Assembly (NCBI GenBank): GCA_015067715.1
Contig: SVLY01000007.1
Span: forward strand, 1,729 to 65,728
DNA length: 64,000 nt
From: Oscillospiraceae bacterium
GTDB taxonomy: Bacteria > Bacillota > Clostridia > Oscillospirales > QAMX01
Direction: 5' to 3'
Under the pieces are notes generated by a model. It made no database searches. It worked only from the letters and a program-made list of their open reading frames with translations, and had not been told where the DNA came from. Below are positions 19,494-29,233 of the stretch, in pieces. The translations under genes and the position numbers were made by a program. Each line of letters starts with the position of its first letter. Position 1 is the first letter of the stretch.

Positions 19494-19517
19494 CATCCTC
19501 CGTACTCTGAAGTAAAA
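19494..19517 (+). repeat. 24-bp direct repeat, copy 2
   Basis: CATCCTCCGTACTCTGAAGTAAAA lies 15 nt after the HEAT gene stop. Confidence 0.95.
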
Positions 19518-19536
19518 ATCGGCACCAACACATATT

Positions 19537-19576
19537 AAAATCCCCGCCGCAGGAATTTGCGGCGGGGATTTGTTTT
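19537..19576. terminator. bidirectional rho-independent terminator
   Basis: AAAATCCCCGCCGC-loop-GCGGCGGGGATTTGTTTT between the HEAT gene (+) and rex (-). Confidence 0.85.
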
Positions 19577-19590
19577 GTTTAGCTGTGATT

Positions 19591-20247
19591 TTAGTTGCCG
19601 TAGAGCTTGTTTTCAAACTCTGTGAGGCGGTAGGAAAGGGTCATGAGGGAGTCGGAGATGTGGAGGTTTTCCACGAGGATCCCGTTTGCCTCGGCAATGG
19701 GAAGCTCTTCCTTGGTGATGTTCCATATGGCCTTCACGCCGCAGGCGGTGAGGTAATCCGCACCCTTGCGTGCCTGGTCTGCGGGAACGGCAAGAACGCC
19801 GATGTCGGCCTTGGGATGGGAGGCGAAGAACTCGCCGATACTGTCCACGTGATAAACGGGAACTCCGGCCACCTCGCCGCACTTGGAGCGGTCGGTGTCG
19901 AAGGCGGCGACAAGCTCAAAGCCGCGTCTGTTGAATGAAAAATTCTCCATAAGGGTCTGACCCATTCTGCCCGCGCCCATGACGACAACACGGTAGTTTT
20001 CGTCAAGACCGAGGATCTTTGCGATGGAAGCGGTGAGCGATTCGATATCGTAGCCGCAACCCTGCTGACCGAAATCTCCGAAACAGTTAAAGTCCTGTCT
20101 CACCTGAGAAGCGGTCAGCTCCATGCAGTCTGCAAGCTCGCGGGATGAGATCATTTTGATCCCGGTGTCGTTCATCTCACGAAGGTAACGGTAGTATCTG
20201 GGGAGACGGCGTATGACTGCCATAGATATAAAGCTGTTTCTGCTCAT
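19591..20247 (-). CDS. rex: redox-sensing transcriptional repressor Rex
   Basis: N-terminal RRLPRYYRYL winged helix plus a Rossmann motif (VVVMGAGRMG). Confidence 0.9.
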   Translation of the reverse strand: MSRNSFISMAVIRRLPRYYRYLREMNDTGIKMISSRELADCMELTASQVRQDFNCFGDFGQQGCGYDIESLTASIAKILGLDENYRVVVMGAGRMGQTLMENFSFNRRGFELVAAFDTDRSKCGEVAGVPVYHVDSIGEFFASHPKADIGVLAVPADQARKGADYLTACGVKAIWNITKEELPIAEANGILVENLHISDSLMTLSYRLTEFENKLYGN

Positions 20248-20314
20248 AGTGAGACACTCCTTCTTTAAATGGTGCCCGGTTCCCGGGGGGAGGGCTGAGG
20301 TTGAGGGGTTGATG

Positions 20315-21460
20315 TTATCTGTTTACAAGGGACATAACGTAGTCTGCCAGGTCGGCGCCGGTGCTTCCGCCGGGGCGGCCTGTCATCTTAATGGGGCTGT
20401 CGGGGGCGGCAACGGCGTCAAGTGCGTCGGAAAGCTTGGCTGCCTTGTCGCTGTGGCCGATGTGCTCAAGCAGCAGCACACAGGCGCGAAGGATGGAGCT
20501 GGGGTCGGCGTAGTCTGCGCGGCCCTCTTCCACCATGCGGGGGGCGGAGCCGTGGATGGCTTCGAACATTGCCCAGCGCTTGCCGAAGTTGGCACTGCCG
20601 GCTGTGCCGACACCGCCCTGGATCTCGGCGGCCTCGTCGGTGAGAATGTCGCCGTAGAGGTTGGGCAGAACGATAACGCTGAAATCGCGGCGGCGCTTTT
20701 CGTCGATGAGCTTGGCGCTCATAATGTCAACGAACCAGCTGTCGTGAACGATGTCCGGATGCTTTTCGGCGATGGAGTTGAAAATGTTCAGGAACTTGCC
20801 GTCGGTGGCCTTGATGATGTTTGCCTTGGTGACGCAGTCGACCCGCTTTCTGCCGGTCTTAACGGCATAGTCGTAGGCCGCTTCGATGATGCGCTCGGTG
20901 CCCTGGGTGGTGGTGACGCAGAAGTCGATGGAAAGATCGTCGTCGTACTTCAGACCTTTGCTTCCCAGAACGTAGCCGCCCTCGGTGTTTTCTCTGAAGA
21001 AGACCCAGTCGATGCCAAGGTTCGGAACCTTGACGGGGCGGACGTTGGCAAAGAGGTCCAGCTCACGGCGCATTGCGACGTTGGCGCTTTCGATGTTGGG
21101 CCAGGGATCGCCGGCCTTGGGGGTGGTGGTGGGGCCCTTGAGGATAACGTGACAGCTCTTGAGCTGGGCAAGCACGTCGTCCGGGATGGCCTTGCCTGCG
21201 GCAACTCGGTTTTCGATGGTGAGACCGTCTATGTTGACAAATCTGACCTTGCCGGCGGCAACCTGGTCGGCAAGGAGATGGGAAAGCACTCTTTCACCCT
21301 GGGCGGTAATTGCCGGGCCGATACCGTCGCCGCCGCAAATGCCGATGACGAGCTCGGGCAGAGAAGCGTAGTCCACAAAGTCGCCTTCGGCCTTCATACG
21401 CTCGATTCTGGCAAGCTGTTCGGCTATGATTTTCTCAAAATGTTCGGATGCTACGGACAT
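20315..21460 (-). CDS. isocitrate/isopropylmalate dehydrogenase family protein (NAD-dependent isocitrate dehydrogenase-like)
   Basis: GDGIGPAI, VAMRRELDLFANVRP, NLYGDILTDEAA, and GSAPRM. Confidence 0.8.
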   Translation of the reverse strand: MSVASEHFEKIIAEQLARIERMKAEGDFVDYASLPELVIGICGGDGIGPAITAQGERVLSHLLADQVAAGKVRFVNIDGLTIENRVAAGKAIPDDVLAQLKSCHVILKGPTTTPKAGDPWPNIESANVAMRRELDLFANVRPVKVPNLGIDWVFFRENTEGGYVLGSKGLKYDDDLSIDFCVTTTQGTERIIEAAYDYAVKTGRKRVDCVTKANIIKATDGKFLNIFNSIAEKHPDIVHDSWFVDIMSAKLIDEKRRRDFSVIVLPNLYGDILTDEAAEIQGGVGTAGSANFGKRWAMFEAIHGSAPRMVEEGRADYADPSSILRACVLLLEHIGHSDKAAKLSDALDAVAAPDSPIKMTGRPGGSTGADLADYVMSLVNR

Positions 21461-21496
21461 GATACCTCCGAAAAATGTAAATAAATGGTCAATATT

Positions 21497-21525
21497 ATTT
21501 TACACTTATTTTTATTCATTGTCAA
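21497..21525 (-). promoter_or_regulatory. sigma-A promoter for the dehydrogenase gene
   Basis: Minus strand reads TTGACA, 17 nt, TAAAAT. Confidence 0.6.
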
Positions 21526-21558
21526 GTATTTAGTGATTCTACCGGGAGTATCCACTGT

Positions 21559-21589
21559 TTCCACAAAAACTTCCACAATGTGTGTGGAA
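21559..21589. promoter_or_regulatory. TTCCACA(A) repeat cluster (2 direct + 1 inverted), candidate regulator site
   Basis: TTCCACAA (21559), TTCCACAA (21571), and inverted TGTGGAA (21583). 21571-21589 is a 7-5-7 palindrome. Confidence 0.35.
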
Positions 21590-21666
21590 CGGAGGAAAAT
21601 GTCGTTTTCTGTCAGTATCCCGGTAAAGCTGAAAATACTGCCGGTAATAATTGGCGGTGCAGGGGG

Positions 21667-22686
21667 TTAAAATCTCTCCTCGGGGCTCATTGTGGCAAAT
21701 GCGTTCTGGGTAAGATCTCCTCTCGTACCGGCTAAATATGCATAATAACCGGCACAGCCGATCATCGCGGCGTTGTCTCCGCAGAGGGCGGGGGGAGGCA
21801 GGAAAAGCTCCGCTCCGGTCTCGGCGGCAAGCTCGGTAAAGCCTTCGCGGATGAAGGAGTTTGCCGCAACGCCCCCTGCAAGGGCAATTTTTTTATAGCC
21901 GAGAGTCTCGGCGGCAAGCCGTGTGCGGGAGATGAGAATATCCGTTACCGCCTCGCAGATGCTTCTGGCAAGAATTGCCCGGTCAAAATCCTCGCCCTTT
22001 TGGTTTGCGGTGTGGACGAGGTTGATAACCGCCGTCTTCAGCCCGGAGAAGGAGCATTCAAGGGGCGCCTCAGGAAAGCCGGGACGGGGAAGCTTGAGGG
22101 AGGGCTTTTGGGGGTCTGCGCTTCGGGCGAGCCTGTCCAGCTCCTTGCCCCCGGGATAGGGAAAGCCAAGAACTCTTGCAACCTTGTCAAAGGCCTCGCC
22201 TGCGGCGTCGTCCCTGGTTCCGCCGAGAATGTGAACGTCGTCGTAATCCCGGACGTCGCAGAAGAGTGTGTGTCCGCCGGAAACGACGGTGCAGAGGAAG
22301 GGGGGCTCAAGCCCGGGGAAAGCGATGTAGTTTGCGGCGATGTGGCCCTTAATGTGGTGTACGGGCACAAGGGGCACTCCCATGGAAAGTGCGGCGCCCT
22401 TTGCAAAGGAGAGTCCGGTCAAAAGCGCGCCGATAAGCCCCGGAGCGGCGGTCACGGCGACGGCGTCGATATCCCGGCGCTGTACCCCTGCCTGGGCAAG
22501 GGCGCTGTCTGTGACGGCACAGAGCTTTTCTATGTGCTTTCTGGATGCAAGCTCCGGAACAACGCCGCCGTATTCGGCGTGCATGGCGATCTGGGTATAT
22601 ACTGCGTTAGAGAGAACTTCTCTGCCGTCCCGTGTGACGGAGGCGGCAGTCTCGTCGCAGGAGGTCTCTATTGAAAGAATAAGCAT
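21667..22686 (-). CDS. tsaD: tRNA N6-adenosine threonylcarbamoyltransferase TsaD
   Basis: ILSIETSCDETA, HHIKGHI, and the SGGHT-type metal site (VSGGHTL). Confidence 0.95.
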   Translation of the reverse strand: MLILSIETSCDETAASVTRDGREVLSNAVYTQIAMHAEYGGVVPELASRKHIEKLCAVTDSALAQAGVQRRDIDAVAVTAAPGLIGALLTGLSFAKGAALSMGVPLVPVHHIKGHIAANYIAFPGLEPPFLCTVVSGGHTLFCDVRDYDDVHILGGTRDDAAGEAFDKVARVLGFPYPGGKELDRLARSADPQKPSLKLPRPGFPEAPLECSFSGLKTAVINLVHTANQKGEDFDRAILARSICEAVTDILISRTRLAAETLGYKKIALAGGVAANSFIREGFTELAAETGAELFLPPPALCGDNAAMIGCAGYYAYLAGTRGDLTQNAFATMSPEERF

Positions 22687-22716
22687 TTTCGGTTTCCTCT
22701 GTGTGTGGAGAGAGAT

Positions 22717-23160
22717 TTATTTTTTAAGCTCTGCGCTGAAAAGCACGGCGGCCTCTGTGGGCATGGTGTAGTAATTCGGGCGGCGGCCGACCTGCTCAAA
22801 GCCAAAGCTTCGGTAAAGCCCGATGGCGGGAGCGTTTGACTCGCGCACCTCTAAAAACATGGTCTCAAGCCCCAGCTCGCAGGCTTTTGCCAGCATGGCC
22901 TCCATAAGCTTTTTCCCCAGACCCGTTCTGCGGAAGCGGGGGAGAACGGCGATCCGGGTTATCTCACCCTCTCCGCTAAGTGCGAGAAATCCGCCGTAGC
23001 CTGCAAACTCACCGTCCACGGTGACGTAAAAATAGTTTGCAAAGGGGGAGTTCAGCTCTTCTCTGAGAGAGCCGGCGCTCCAGGGAACCGTGAAGCACTC
23101 TTTTTCCGTGGCGGCGGCGTCGGGAATGCGGAAGGGCGTAAGTTTGGATATTACTGTCAT
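22717..23160 (-). CDS. rimI: ribosomal-protein-alanine N-acetyltransferase RimI
   Basis: GNAT core RRTGLGKKLM. Adjacent to tsaD. Confidence 0.85.
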   Translation of the reverse strand: MTVISKLTPFRIPDAAATEKECFTVPWSAGSLREELNSPFANYFYVTVDGEFAGYGGFLALSGEGEITRIAVLPRFRRTGLGKKLMEAMLAKACELGLETMFLEVRESNAPAIGLYRSFGFEQVGRRPNYYTMPTEAAVLFSAELKK

Positions 23161-23181
23161 ATGGCAATTAACCTTTGAACC

Positions 23182-25746
23182 TTATTGTTTTGCGCTTGCC
23201 CAGCTTTTGCCGACGGCGGCATCTGCTTTGAGGGCAACGGAAAGGCTGGCAACTCCGCTCATCTCTTCCTCAAGAACGGCCTTGACCTTTTCTGCCTCAG
23301 CCTCGGGGCATTCAACGATGAGCTCGTCGTGGACCTGGAGGATGAGCTGTGCTTCCAGCCCCTCTGCGGCAAGGCGACGGGCAACGGCCACCATGGCAAA
23401 CTTGATAATGTCTGCGGCGGTGCCCTGGATGGGTGCGTTCAGCGCCATTCTTTCGGCGGCGGAGCGCACGTTGAAATTTGAGGCCTTTATGTCCGGCAGA
23501 GCTCTTCTCCGGCCAAACAGGGTGGAGACGAACCCGTCCTCCCGGGCGCGGGCGACGATGCTGCCCATGTATTGCTTAACGCCGGAGTAGTTTTCCAGGT
23601 ATTTGTCGATCATATCCCGGGCTTCCTTGCGGCTGATACCAAGGTCGTCTGCCAGAGCAAAGTCCGAAATACCGTAGACAATGCCAAAGTTGACCGCCTT
23701 GGAGAAGGTGCGCTGACGGGGAGTTACCTCTTCAACGGGAACGCCGAAGACCCTTGCGGCGGTGGTGCGGTGGATGTCCACTCCGCCGGAAAAGGCTTCG
23801 ATCATGTTTTTGTCACCGGATACGTGGGCGAGCACCCGAAGCTCGATCTGGGAATAGTCCGCGTCCACCAGAACGTGACCATCCGGGGCGATGAAAAACT
23901 CTCTCATGCGGCTTCCGGGCTCGCTTCGCACGGGAATGTTCTGGAGATTCGGCTCTGAGGAGCTGAGTCTGCCCGTGACCGCGCCAAGCTGGGAGAAGGT
24001 GCTGTGCACTCTTCCGTCGCTCTCAACGGCGCGCAAAAGCCCGTCCACGTAGGTGGACTTCAGCTTTGAATACGCCCGGTAGGCAAGAACCGCCTCCACG
24101 ATGGGGTGGAGCGCCAGCTTTTTCAAAACGTCCGCATTGGTGGACCAGCCCGTCTTCGTCTTTTTTCCGTGGGGAAGTCCAAGCTCTTCAAAGAGCACCG
24201 TGCCGAGCTGTTTGGGGGAGGCAATGTTAAAGGTGTGGCCGGCAATGCGGTAGACCTCGTTCTGGCTCATGTCGATGAGTGTGTCCAGCTCTTCCCCGAA
24301 GGCGCGTAGGGCGTTTTGGTCTATGAGAAAACCGACGTGCTCCATTTTTGCAAGCACGGCGCAAAGGGGGAGCTCGGTCTCGCGGTAGAGCTTTTCAAGT
24401 CCCTTTTCGGAGATGAGAGCCTCAAGGTGGGGCTTCAGGGCAAGTGCGGAGTCCGCGTTTAGGGGGAGGGCATCTCCGTTTTCCCCCTCGGAAAGCCCTA
24501 AAAACTTCTGCCGGAGAATTTCGGGCTCGGCCTTGAGCTCGCAGAGAAGTGCGGCAAGCTCGCAGTCAAAGTCGATCTTCGGCTGGGAGATCCCGTTTTC
24601 AAGGCAGAAGCGCATGAGGGGCTTGGAGCTGTGACAGCAGAAGCTGCAGCCTTGGACAAGGGCGGCTATTGCGCCGGTGAAGCTCTCGCCGTCAAAGGGG
24701 CCGGGAGCAAAGGTGAGCACCTCGCTGCCGAATGCAACGGCAAGGCGGTTTTCAACGGGGTCGAACTCAAAGCCCACGGAGCCGGAAAGGCTTTTCAGCT
24801 CATCCGGGGAGGATATTTCCCTCACGGTGCGCTTTGCGTAGTCAGGGGCGGAACACTCGTCGCATTTTTGCGGGGGAGTGAGGCCGAATTTTTTGATATA
24901 GCTGTTGATCTCGAGTTCGGACAGCAGAGCGTAAAGCTCGTCGTTTTTAATTTTGGGCCCGTCTATGGCAGAGAGGTCTGCCTCTAAAGGAGCGTTCCTG
25001 TCGATACGGGCAAGAGTTTGGCTGAGGTAGGCAGAATCGCGGCCTGCGGCAAGCTTTTCTCTTGCGGCGGGCTTTACCTCGGGGGAGCTCAGATTATCGT
25101 AGACCCCGTCGAGGGACTCAAACTTTGCAATAAGAGAAAGGGCGGTCTTTTCGCCGATGCCACGTACACCGGGGATATTGTCGGACTGGTCGCCCATGAG
25201 GGCTTTCACGTCTATGAACTGCTCGGGGGAGATCCCGTAGTCAAGCTGGATCTTAAAGCCGTCGTAGAGCACGGTCTCGGGATGCCCCTGTTTGGTGGTG
25301 ACGTATTTCAGAACTGTTCCGCCGCCCACAAGCTGAAAGCTGTCCCTGTCGCCGGTGACCAGCACACAGCTGTCCCCGGCTTCGTCGATACGCCGGGAGA
25401 GCGTGCCCAAAAGGTCGTCCGCCTCCCAGCCGGAAAGCTCAAAACGGGGGATGCCCATTGCATCAAGAAGCTCTTTCAAAAGAGGAAGCTGCATTGCCAG
25501 CTCTTCGGGCATGGGACGGCGCCCGGCCTTGTATCCGTCGTACATCTTGTGGCGGAAGGTGGGTGCCTTAAGGTCAAAGCAAACGCAGATCCCATCGGGC
25601 TTTTCTTCCTCGGAGAGCCGGGAGAGAATATTCAAAAAGCCCAGCAGAGCGTTTGTGTAAACGCCCCGGGAATTGGACAGCAGCCGAATGCCGTAAAATG
25701 CGCGGTTGATTATGCTGTTGCCGTCTATGACCATAAGCTTTCTCAT
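23182..25746 (-). CDS. polA: DNA polymerase I
   Basis: 5' nuclease N-terminus (MVIDGNSI...), with motif A DYSQIELRVLAH and motif B RQRTFSKAVNFGIVYG. ATG 25746 has a GGAG SD. The 28-codon extension in the track is unsupported. Confidence 0.95.
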   Translation of the reverse strand: MRKLMVIDGNSIINRAFYGIRLLSNSRGVYTNALLGFLNILSRLSEEEKPDGICVCFDLKAPTFRHKMYDGYKAGRRPMPEELAMQLPLLKELLDAMGIPRFELSGWEADDLLGTLSRRIDEAGDSCVLVTGDRDSFQLVGGGTVLKYVTTKQGHPETVLYDGFKIQLDYGISPEQFIDVKALMGDQSDNIPGVRGIGEKTALSLIAKFESLDGVYDNLSSPEVKPAAREKLAAGRDSAYLSQTLARIDRNAPLEADLSAIDGPKIKNDELYALLSELEINSYIKKFGLTPPQKCDECSAPDYAKRTVREISSPDELKSLSGSVGFEFDPVENRLAVAFGSEVLTFAPGPFDGESFTGAIAALVQGCSFCCHSSKPLMRFCLENGISQPKIDFDCELAALLCELKAEPEILRQKFLGLSEGENGDALPLNADSALALKPHLEALISEKGLEKLYRETELPLCAVLAKMEHVGFLIDQNALRAFGEELDTLIDMSQNEVYRIAGHTFNIASPKQLGTVLFEELGLPHGKKTKTGWSTNADVLKKLALHPIVEAVLAYRAYSKLKSTYVDGLLRAVESDGRVHSTFSQLGAVTGRLSSSEPNLQNIPVRSEPGSRMREFFIAPDGHVLVDADYSQIELRVLAHVSGDKNMIEAFSGGVDIHRTTAARVFGVPVEEVTPRQRTFSKAVNFGIVYGISDFALADDLGISRKEARDMIDKYLENYSGVKQYMGSIVARAREDGFVSTLFGRRRALPDIKASNFNVRSAAERMALNAPIQGTAADIIKFAMVAVARRLAAEGLEAQLILQVHDELIVECPEAEAEKVKAVLEEEMSGVASLSVALKADAAVGKSWASAKQ

Positions 25747-25844
25747 TTGAAAAAACTCCTTTTTGGGGGATAAAGATAGGGTGTCCCCCGGAGGAAAGGA
25801 GTAATATGAAGCCTTTCCTCCGGAGGACATTTGGTTAATGTCGG

Positions 25845-28800
25845 TTAATATTCAACGCGGACGGTCTTGATCTCGAAGGGACGGAAGGTGAGCTCGGTCT
25901 GGGCAGAGGCGCCAAGCTCGGCGGTGACCTCTTCCAGCATGTTGGCTTCGGAGACACGCTTGACGTCGATGCCAAGGTTCAGCTTGCCAACGGTGCGGGC
26001 GCCTTCGGCTTCGTAGATACGGAGGATGAATGCGCGGTCGGCATCCTCGCAGGGCTTGACGGTCTCGATGACAAGGTTGGACTTGTCCATGGAGGCAAGG
26101 CTGGGAAGATCTTTTCTGCCGCGGACGATAACGGGCTTGTAGTTGAGCTCGTATGCGGGACGGATGACGGTCTCGGCGTCGAAGCCGCCGTTGTGGGGCA
26201 GGAAGGAATACTCGCAGTAGTGCTTGCCCTGATCGCCGGTGGTGTCGGGACGGGTGCCGCCCTTGTGGAGGGAGAGGCGCAGCTGGCCGTTGTAGGCAGA
26301 GATGGCGTACTTGGAGTCGTTGAGAATCGCAACGCCGAAGTTGGGCTCGGAAAGGTCGGTGAACTTGTGGTTCAGAACCTCGAACTTGGCCTGGTCAACG
26401 GAGTTGTTGCGGGTGGTGGGACGCTTGAGATAGCCAAACTGGATCTCCTGACGGACGAAGTCGGAGAAGATGGAGGTATCGAAAGCGGTCTTCAGGAAGC
26501 GGTGCTTGTTGTTCCAATCCATAAGGGTCTCAAAACGGACCTCGGGAGAGTCGGCAAAGAAGACCATGTCCTGGGTGATGGTGCTCTCGGCGGAGATGCT
26601 GTAAACGGAGCGTATACGCAGCTCAACGGCGCCGTTGGAGACGATCTCACGGGAGAGAAGCTTGGCGCAGTCCACGAACTTGGGCTCGATATCGGCGTCG
26701 ATATCCCAGTTGTCCCAGGTTGCGGGGAGGTCTTCGGCCATGAGGAAGGTGTTGAGAGCGTAGCCCTCGCCGCAAAGCTCGCGGCCGGAGGCCTTGTCGA
26801 TGAAGGAGGAGATATAGCCTCTGTCGTCGAAGGTGACAAAAGCGAAGGGAGTTTCAAGCTTGTTGCCCTCAAGGCAGAATGCGCTCTCGCCGTTGAGCTC
26901 TCCGCGGCCGTAGCCAAAGCTCTTTGCGGAGTAGGGAGCCAGCTTTACGCCGGAGACGGCAAGACGGCGGCGGCCGTAAACGTCGCTGGTCCACTGCTGG
27001 GCCTTAACGCCTGCAAGGGGGGCGGCGGCGTCGGCATAGAAAACGCCGTTGCGCTGGTAGGACATGGGGTTGTAAACGGTAATGCCGCGGCCGGAGGCGG
27101 AGAGAGCCTTTTCGGTGAGCTTGCCGACCTCGGCGAGGAGCTCGGTCATCTCTTCCTTGCTCTGGGAGTTGGCACGGGTGATGCAGGTGCCGGGGAGGAT
27201 ATCGTGGAACTGGTTGACGAGAAGTCTGTTCTGCCAGAAGCGGAAGTCGTTGTCGCTGGCGACCTCGCCGGAGGTGGCGGCGTTTGCAACGGTGATGGCC
27301 TCAAGGTTGTGGAGAGCGATCTCGCCAAGGCGGTTGTTGCGCTTGATCTCGTGCTGGTTGGTGAGAGTGCCGCGGTGGAGCTCAAGGTAGAGCTCGCCGG
27401 AGAAGGTGGCGGGGTTGACGACCTCGTTTTCCAGCTTGTGCATAAAGTCGGAAACGGTGGTGTATTCGCTTACGCCGAAGCCCTCAAGGTCTTTCGTGCG
27501 GCGGGAGATCTCGATCTGGTCCCACTGGGGGCCGCCGCCGCCGTCGCCGTAGCCGTAGCTGACCAGCTTGGAGCGGGAAACGTTCTTCTGACGGACTGCG
27601 TCGGGGTTGGTCTTGTCGGCGAACATGGGAAGCAGCTCGTCGGGACGGGTGCCGATGTGGGTCTTGTTGAAGTGGGAGAAGACCTGGGTGCCGTCGATGC
27701 CACGCCAGTAGAAGGAGTCGTAGGGGAAGGCGTTGGTGTCGTTCCAGGCGATCTTGGTGGTGAGGAAGTAGTCAACGCCGCAGCCCTTCATGATCTGGGG
27801 AATGGCGGCAGAATAGCCGAAGGTGTCCGGCAGCCAGAAGCAGTCGGAGGTGTAGCCGTTAAAGTATTTTCTGGTGAAGCGCTGACCCCACAGGAACTGA
27901 CGGATCATGGATTCGCCGCCGGTGATGTTGCAGTCGCATTCAACCCAAACGCCGCCGTTGGGCTCGTAACGGCCCTCGGCAACCTTTTCAACGATGCGCT
28001 CGAACAGCTCGGGATAGTTCTCGCGGATCATTTCGCTGTGGTAGGAGGAGCTCTGGACGAACTTGTATTCGGGATACTGAGCCATGAGGTTCAGCTGGTT
28101 GGAATAGGTTCTGGCGCACTTTTTAATGGTCTCGGCAATGTGCCAGAGCCATGCGGTGTCCATGTGGGAGTGGCCGATAAGGCCGCAGTAGGGAACGGTA
28201 GTGCCGTTGTTCTTCTTTGCAAGGGCGGGAGCCATGATCTCTCTGGCCTTGACGAGGGAAGCCTCGAAGGTCTCGCGGTCGATATCCTCGGGGGAGTACC
28301 AGAGAACCTTGTGGAGCTCGTAGAAGGTGTTCAGAAGGTCGGCGCGGCGGTAGGACGCATCGTCGAGAGCCTTGTAAAGACCGATGAGAACGGAGAGGTC
28401 GAACATGGTCTGGGCAACAAGGTCGTTTCTGGTGCAGAGGTCGATGGAGTCGAATGCGAACTTGAAATCTCTGCGGGGACGGGTCTCGAGGGGCATTTCG
28501 CCGGGAACGTAATGGCCGGTGTAGAACTCAACGGCCAGGTCAAGGTTCTGGCCTTCCCTGGCGCAGGGCTCGACCATGTCGCAGTAGTGGTTGCCGTGGC
28601 CGGTGACGACGATCTTGGTGGCGAAGGTGCCCATGGGCTTGCCGTCCACAAAGAGCATTGCCTCGTAGCCGCCAACCTGGGGACGAAGGAACAGAGCCTT
28701 TCCGGCGAGCTCGGCGGGAACGGTGTAGTTGGAGCGGAACCAGCAGTAGCGGCTCTCTCCGCCCCAGATATCGCCCTTGTTGATGGGCTTGTAGGTCGCT

Positions 28801-28943
28801 TCGGGAATAGAATGATACTGCTTTTCGGTTTCAAAGGCGCTCACGGGAAGGGAGCAGACCTTTTCGAAGATGAGGCCGTCAAGCGTATCCAGGAAGCGCT
28901 CAAGCTTCAGAACACAACGGGACAGCTGTTTTTCGTTAAGCAT
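25845..28943 (-). CDS. alpha-mannosidase, glycoside hydrolase family 38
   Basis: GHSHMDTAWLW metal site and WLPDTFGY. Length 1032 aa. Confidence 0.9.
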   Translation of the reverse strand: MLNEKQLSRCVLKLERFLDTLDGLIFEKVCSLPVSAFETEKQYHSIPEATYKPINKGDIWGGESRYCWFRSNYTVPAELAGKALFLRPQVGGYEAMLFVDGKPMGTFATKIVVTGHGNHYCDMVEPCAREGQNLDLAVEFYTGHYVPGEMPLETRPRRDFKFAFDSIDLCTRNDLVAQTMFDLSVLIGLYKALDDASYRRADLLNTFYELHKVLWYSPEDIDRETFEASLVKAREIMAPALAKKNNGTTVPYCGLIGHSHMDTAWLWHIAETIKKCARTYSNQLNLMAQYPEYKFVQSSSYHSEMIRENYPELFERIVEKVAEGRYEPNGGVWVECDCNITGGESMIRQFLWGQRFTRKYFNGYTSDCFWLPDTFGYSAAIPQIMKGCGVDYFLTTKIAWNDTNAFPYDSFYWRGIDGTQVFSHFNKTHIGTRPDELLPMFADKTNPDAVRQKNVSRSKLVSYGYGDGGGGPQWDQIEISRRTKDLEGFGVSEYTTVSDFMHKLENEVVNPATFSGELYLELHRGTLTNQHEIKRNNRLGEIALHNLEAITVANAATSGEVASDNDFRFWQNRLLVNQFHDILPGTCITRANSQSKEEMTELLAEVGKLTEKALSASGRGITVYNPMSYQRNGVFYADAAAPLAGVKAQQWTSDVYGRRRLAVSGVKLAPYSAKSFGYGRGELNGESAFCLEGNKLETPFAFVTFDDRGYISSFIDKASGRELCGEGYALNTFLMAEDLPATWDNWDIDADIEPKFVDCAKLLSREIVSNGAVELRIRSVYSISAESTITQDMVFFADSPEVRFETLMDWNNKHRFLKTAFDTSIFSDFVRQEIQFGYLKRPTTRNNSVDQAKFEVLNHKFTDLSEPNFGVAILNDSKYAISAYNGQLRLSLHKGGTRPDTTGDQGKHYCEYSFLPHNGGFDAETVIRPAYELNYKPVIVRGRKDLPSLASMDKSNLVIETVKPCEDADRAFILRIYEAEGARTVGKLNLGIDVKRVSEANMLEEVTAELGASAQTELTFRPFEIKTVRVEY

Positions 28944-29161
28944 GTGGATTCCTCCGTAAGTGTTTTTTTTGGCTGTCTTTATTATACACGAATTCGAATG
29001 AAAATGGAAGGGGTAATCTGCTCTTTTAAGTGAGTTTTTGGGGCGGAATGGGGCTATAAGGGAAGGTTTTTTTGAGCCCCGGGGGGTAGGGACGGGTCAA
29101 AGAGACTCTACGGGGTCAGATCGGGCGGGAAATCCGGTTTTGAGGGGGGCGGTGAGGGGAT

Positions 29162-29190
29162 TTGACATTTCCGGTGAAATGAGTTACAAT
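29162..29190 (+). promoter_or_regulatory. sigma-A promoter for surface-protein gene
   Basis: TTGACA, 17 nt, TACAAT. The predicted TSS near 29197 excludes the TTG 29195 start. Confidence 0.65.
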
Positions 29191-29233
29191 TATCTTGACA
29201 AATTATGGTTTCGGAACGGACGGTATATTCGGG

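Noticed and set aside
21571-21589. Canonical Rex operator upstream of the dehydrogenase gene next to rex.
   Set aside because: The half-sites read TTCCACA...TGTGGAA, which is the opposite order and one base longer than TTGTGAA-N4-TTCACAA. I kept it only as an unassigned candidate site.
23182-25830. N-terminally extended versions of ORFs as given in the track: polA to 25830, ctsR to 57320, oxidoreductase to 48066, lipoprotein to 53442, membrane protein to 50546, PAP2 from 45370, TrmH from 58318, and the HEAT gene from 18727.
   Set aside because: The internal start codons have proper SD sequences and give canonical N-termini or signal peptides. The extensions overlap promoters, terminators, repeat modules or upstream genes.
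29038-29161. G-rich tracts (GGGGGGTAGGGACGGG, GAGGGGGGCGGTGAGGGG) upstream of the surface-protein promoter, considered as a G-quadruplex or a degenerate REP-like unit.
   Set aside because: The loop lengths do not fit a canonical four-tract G4, and no clear palindrome with a GTAG head is present. This is not supportable by eye.
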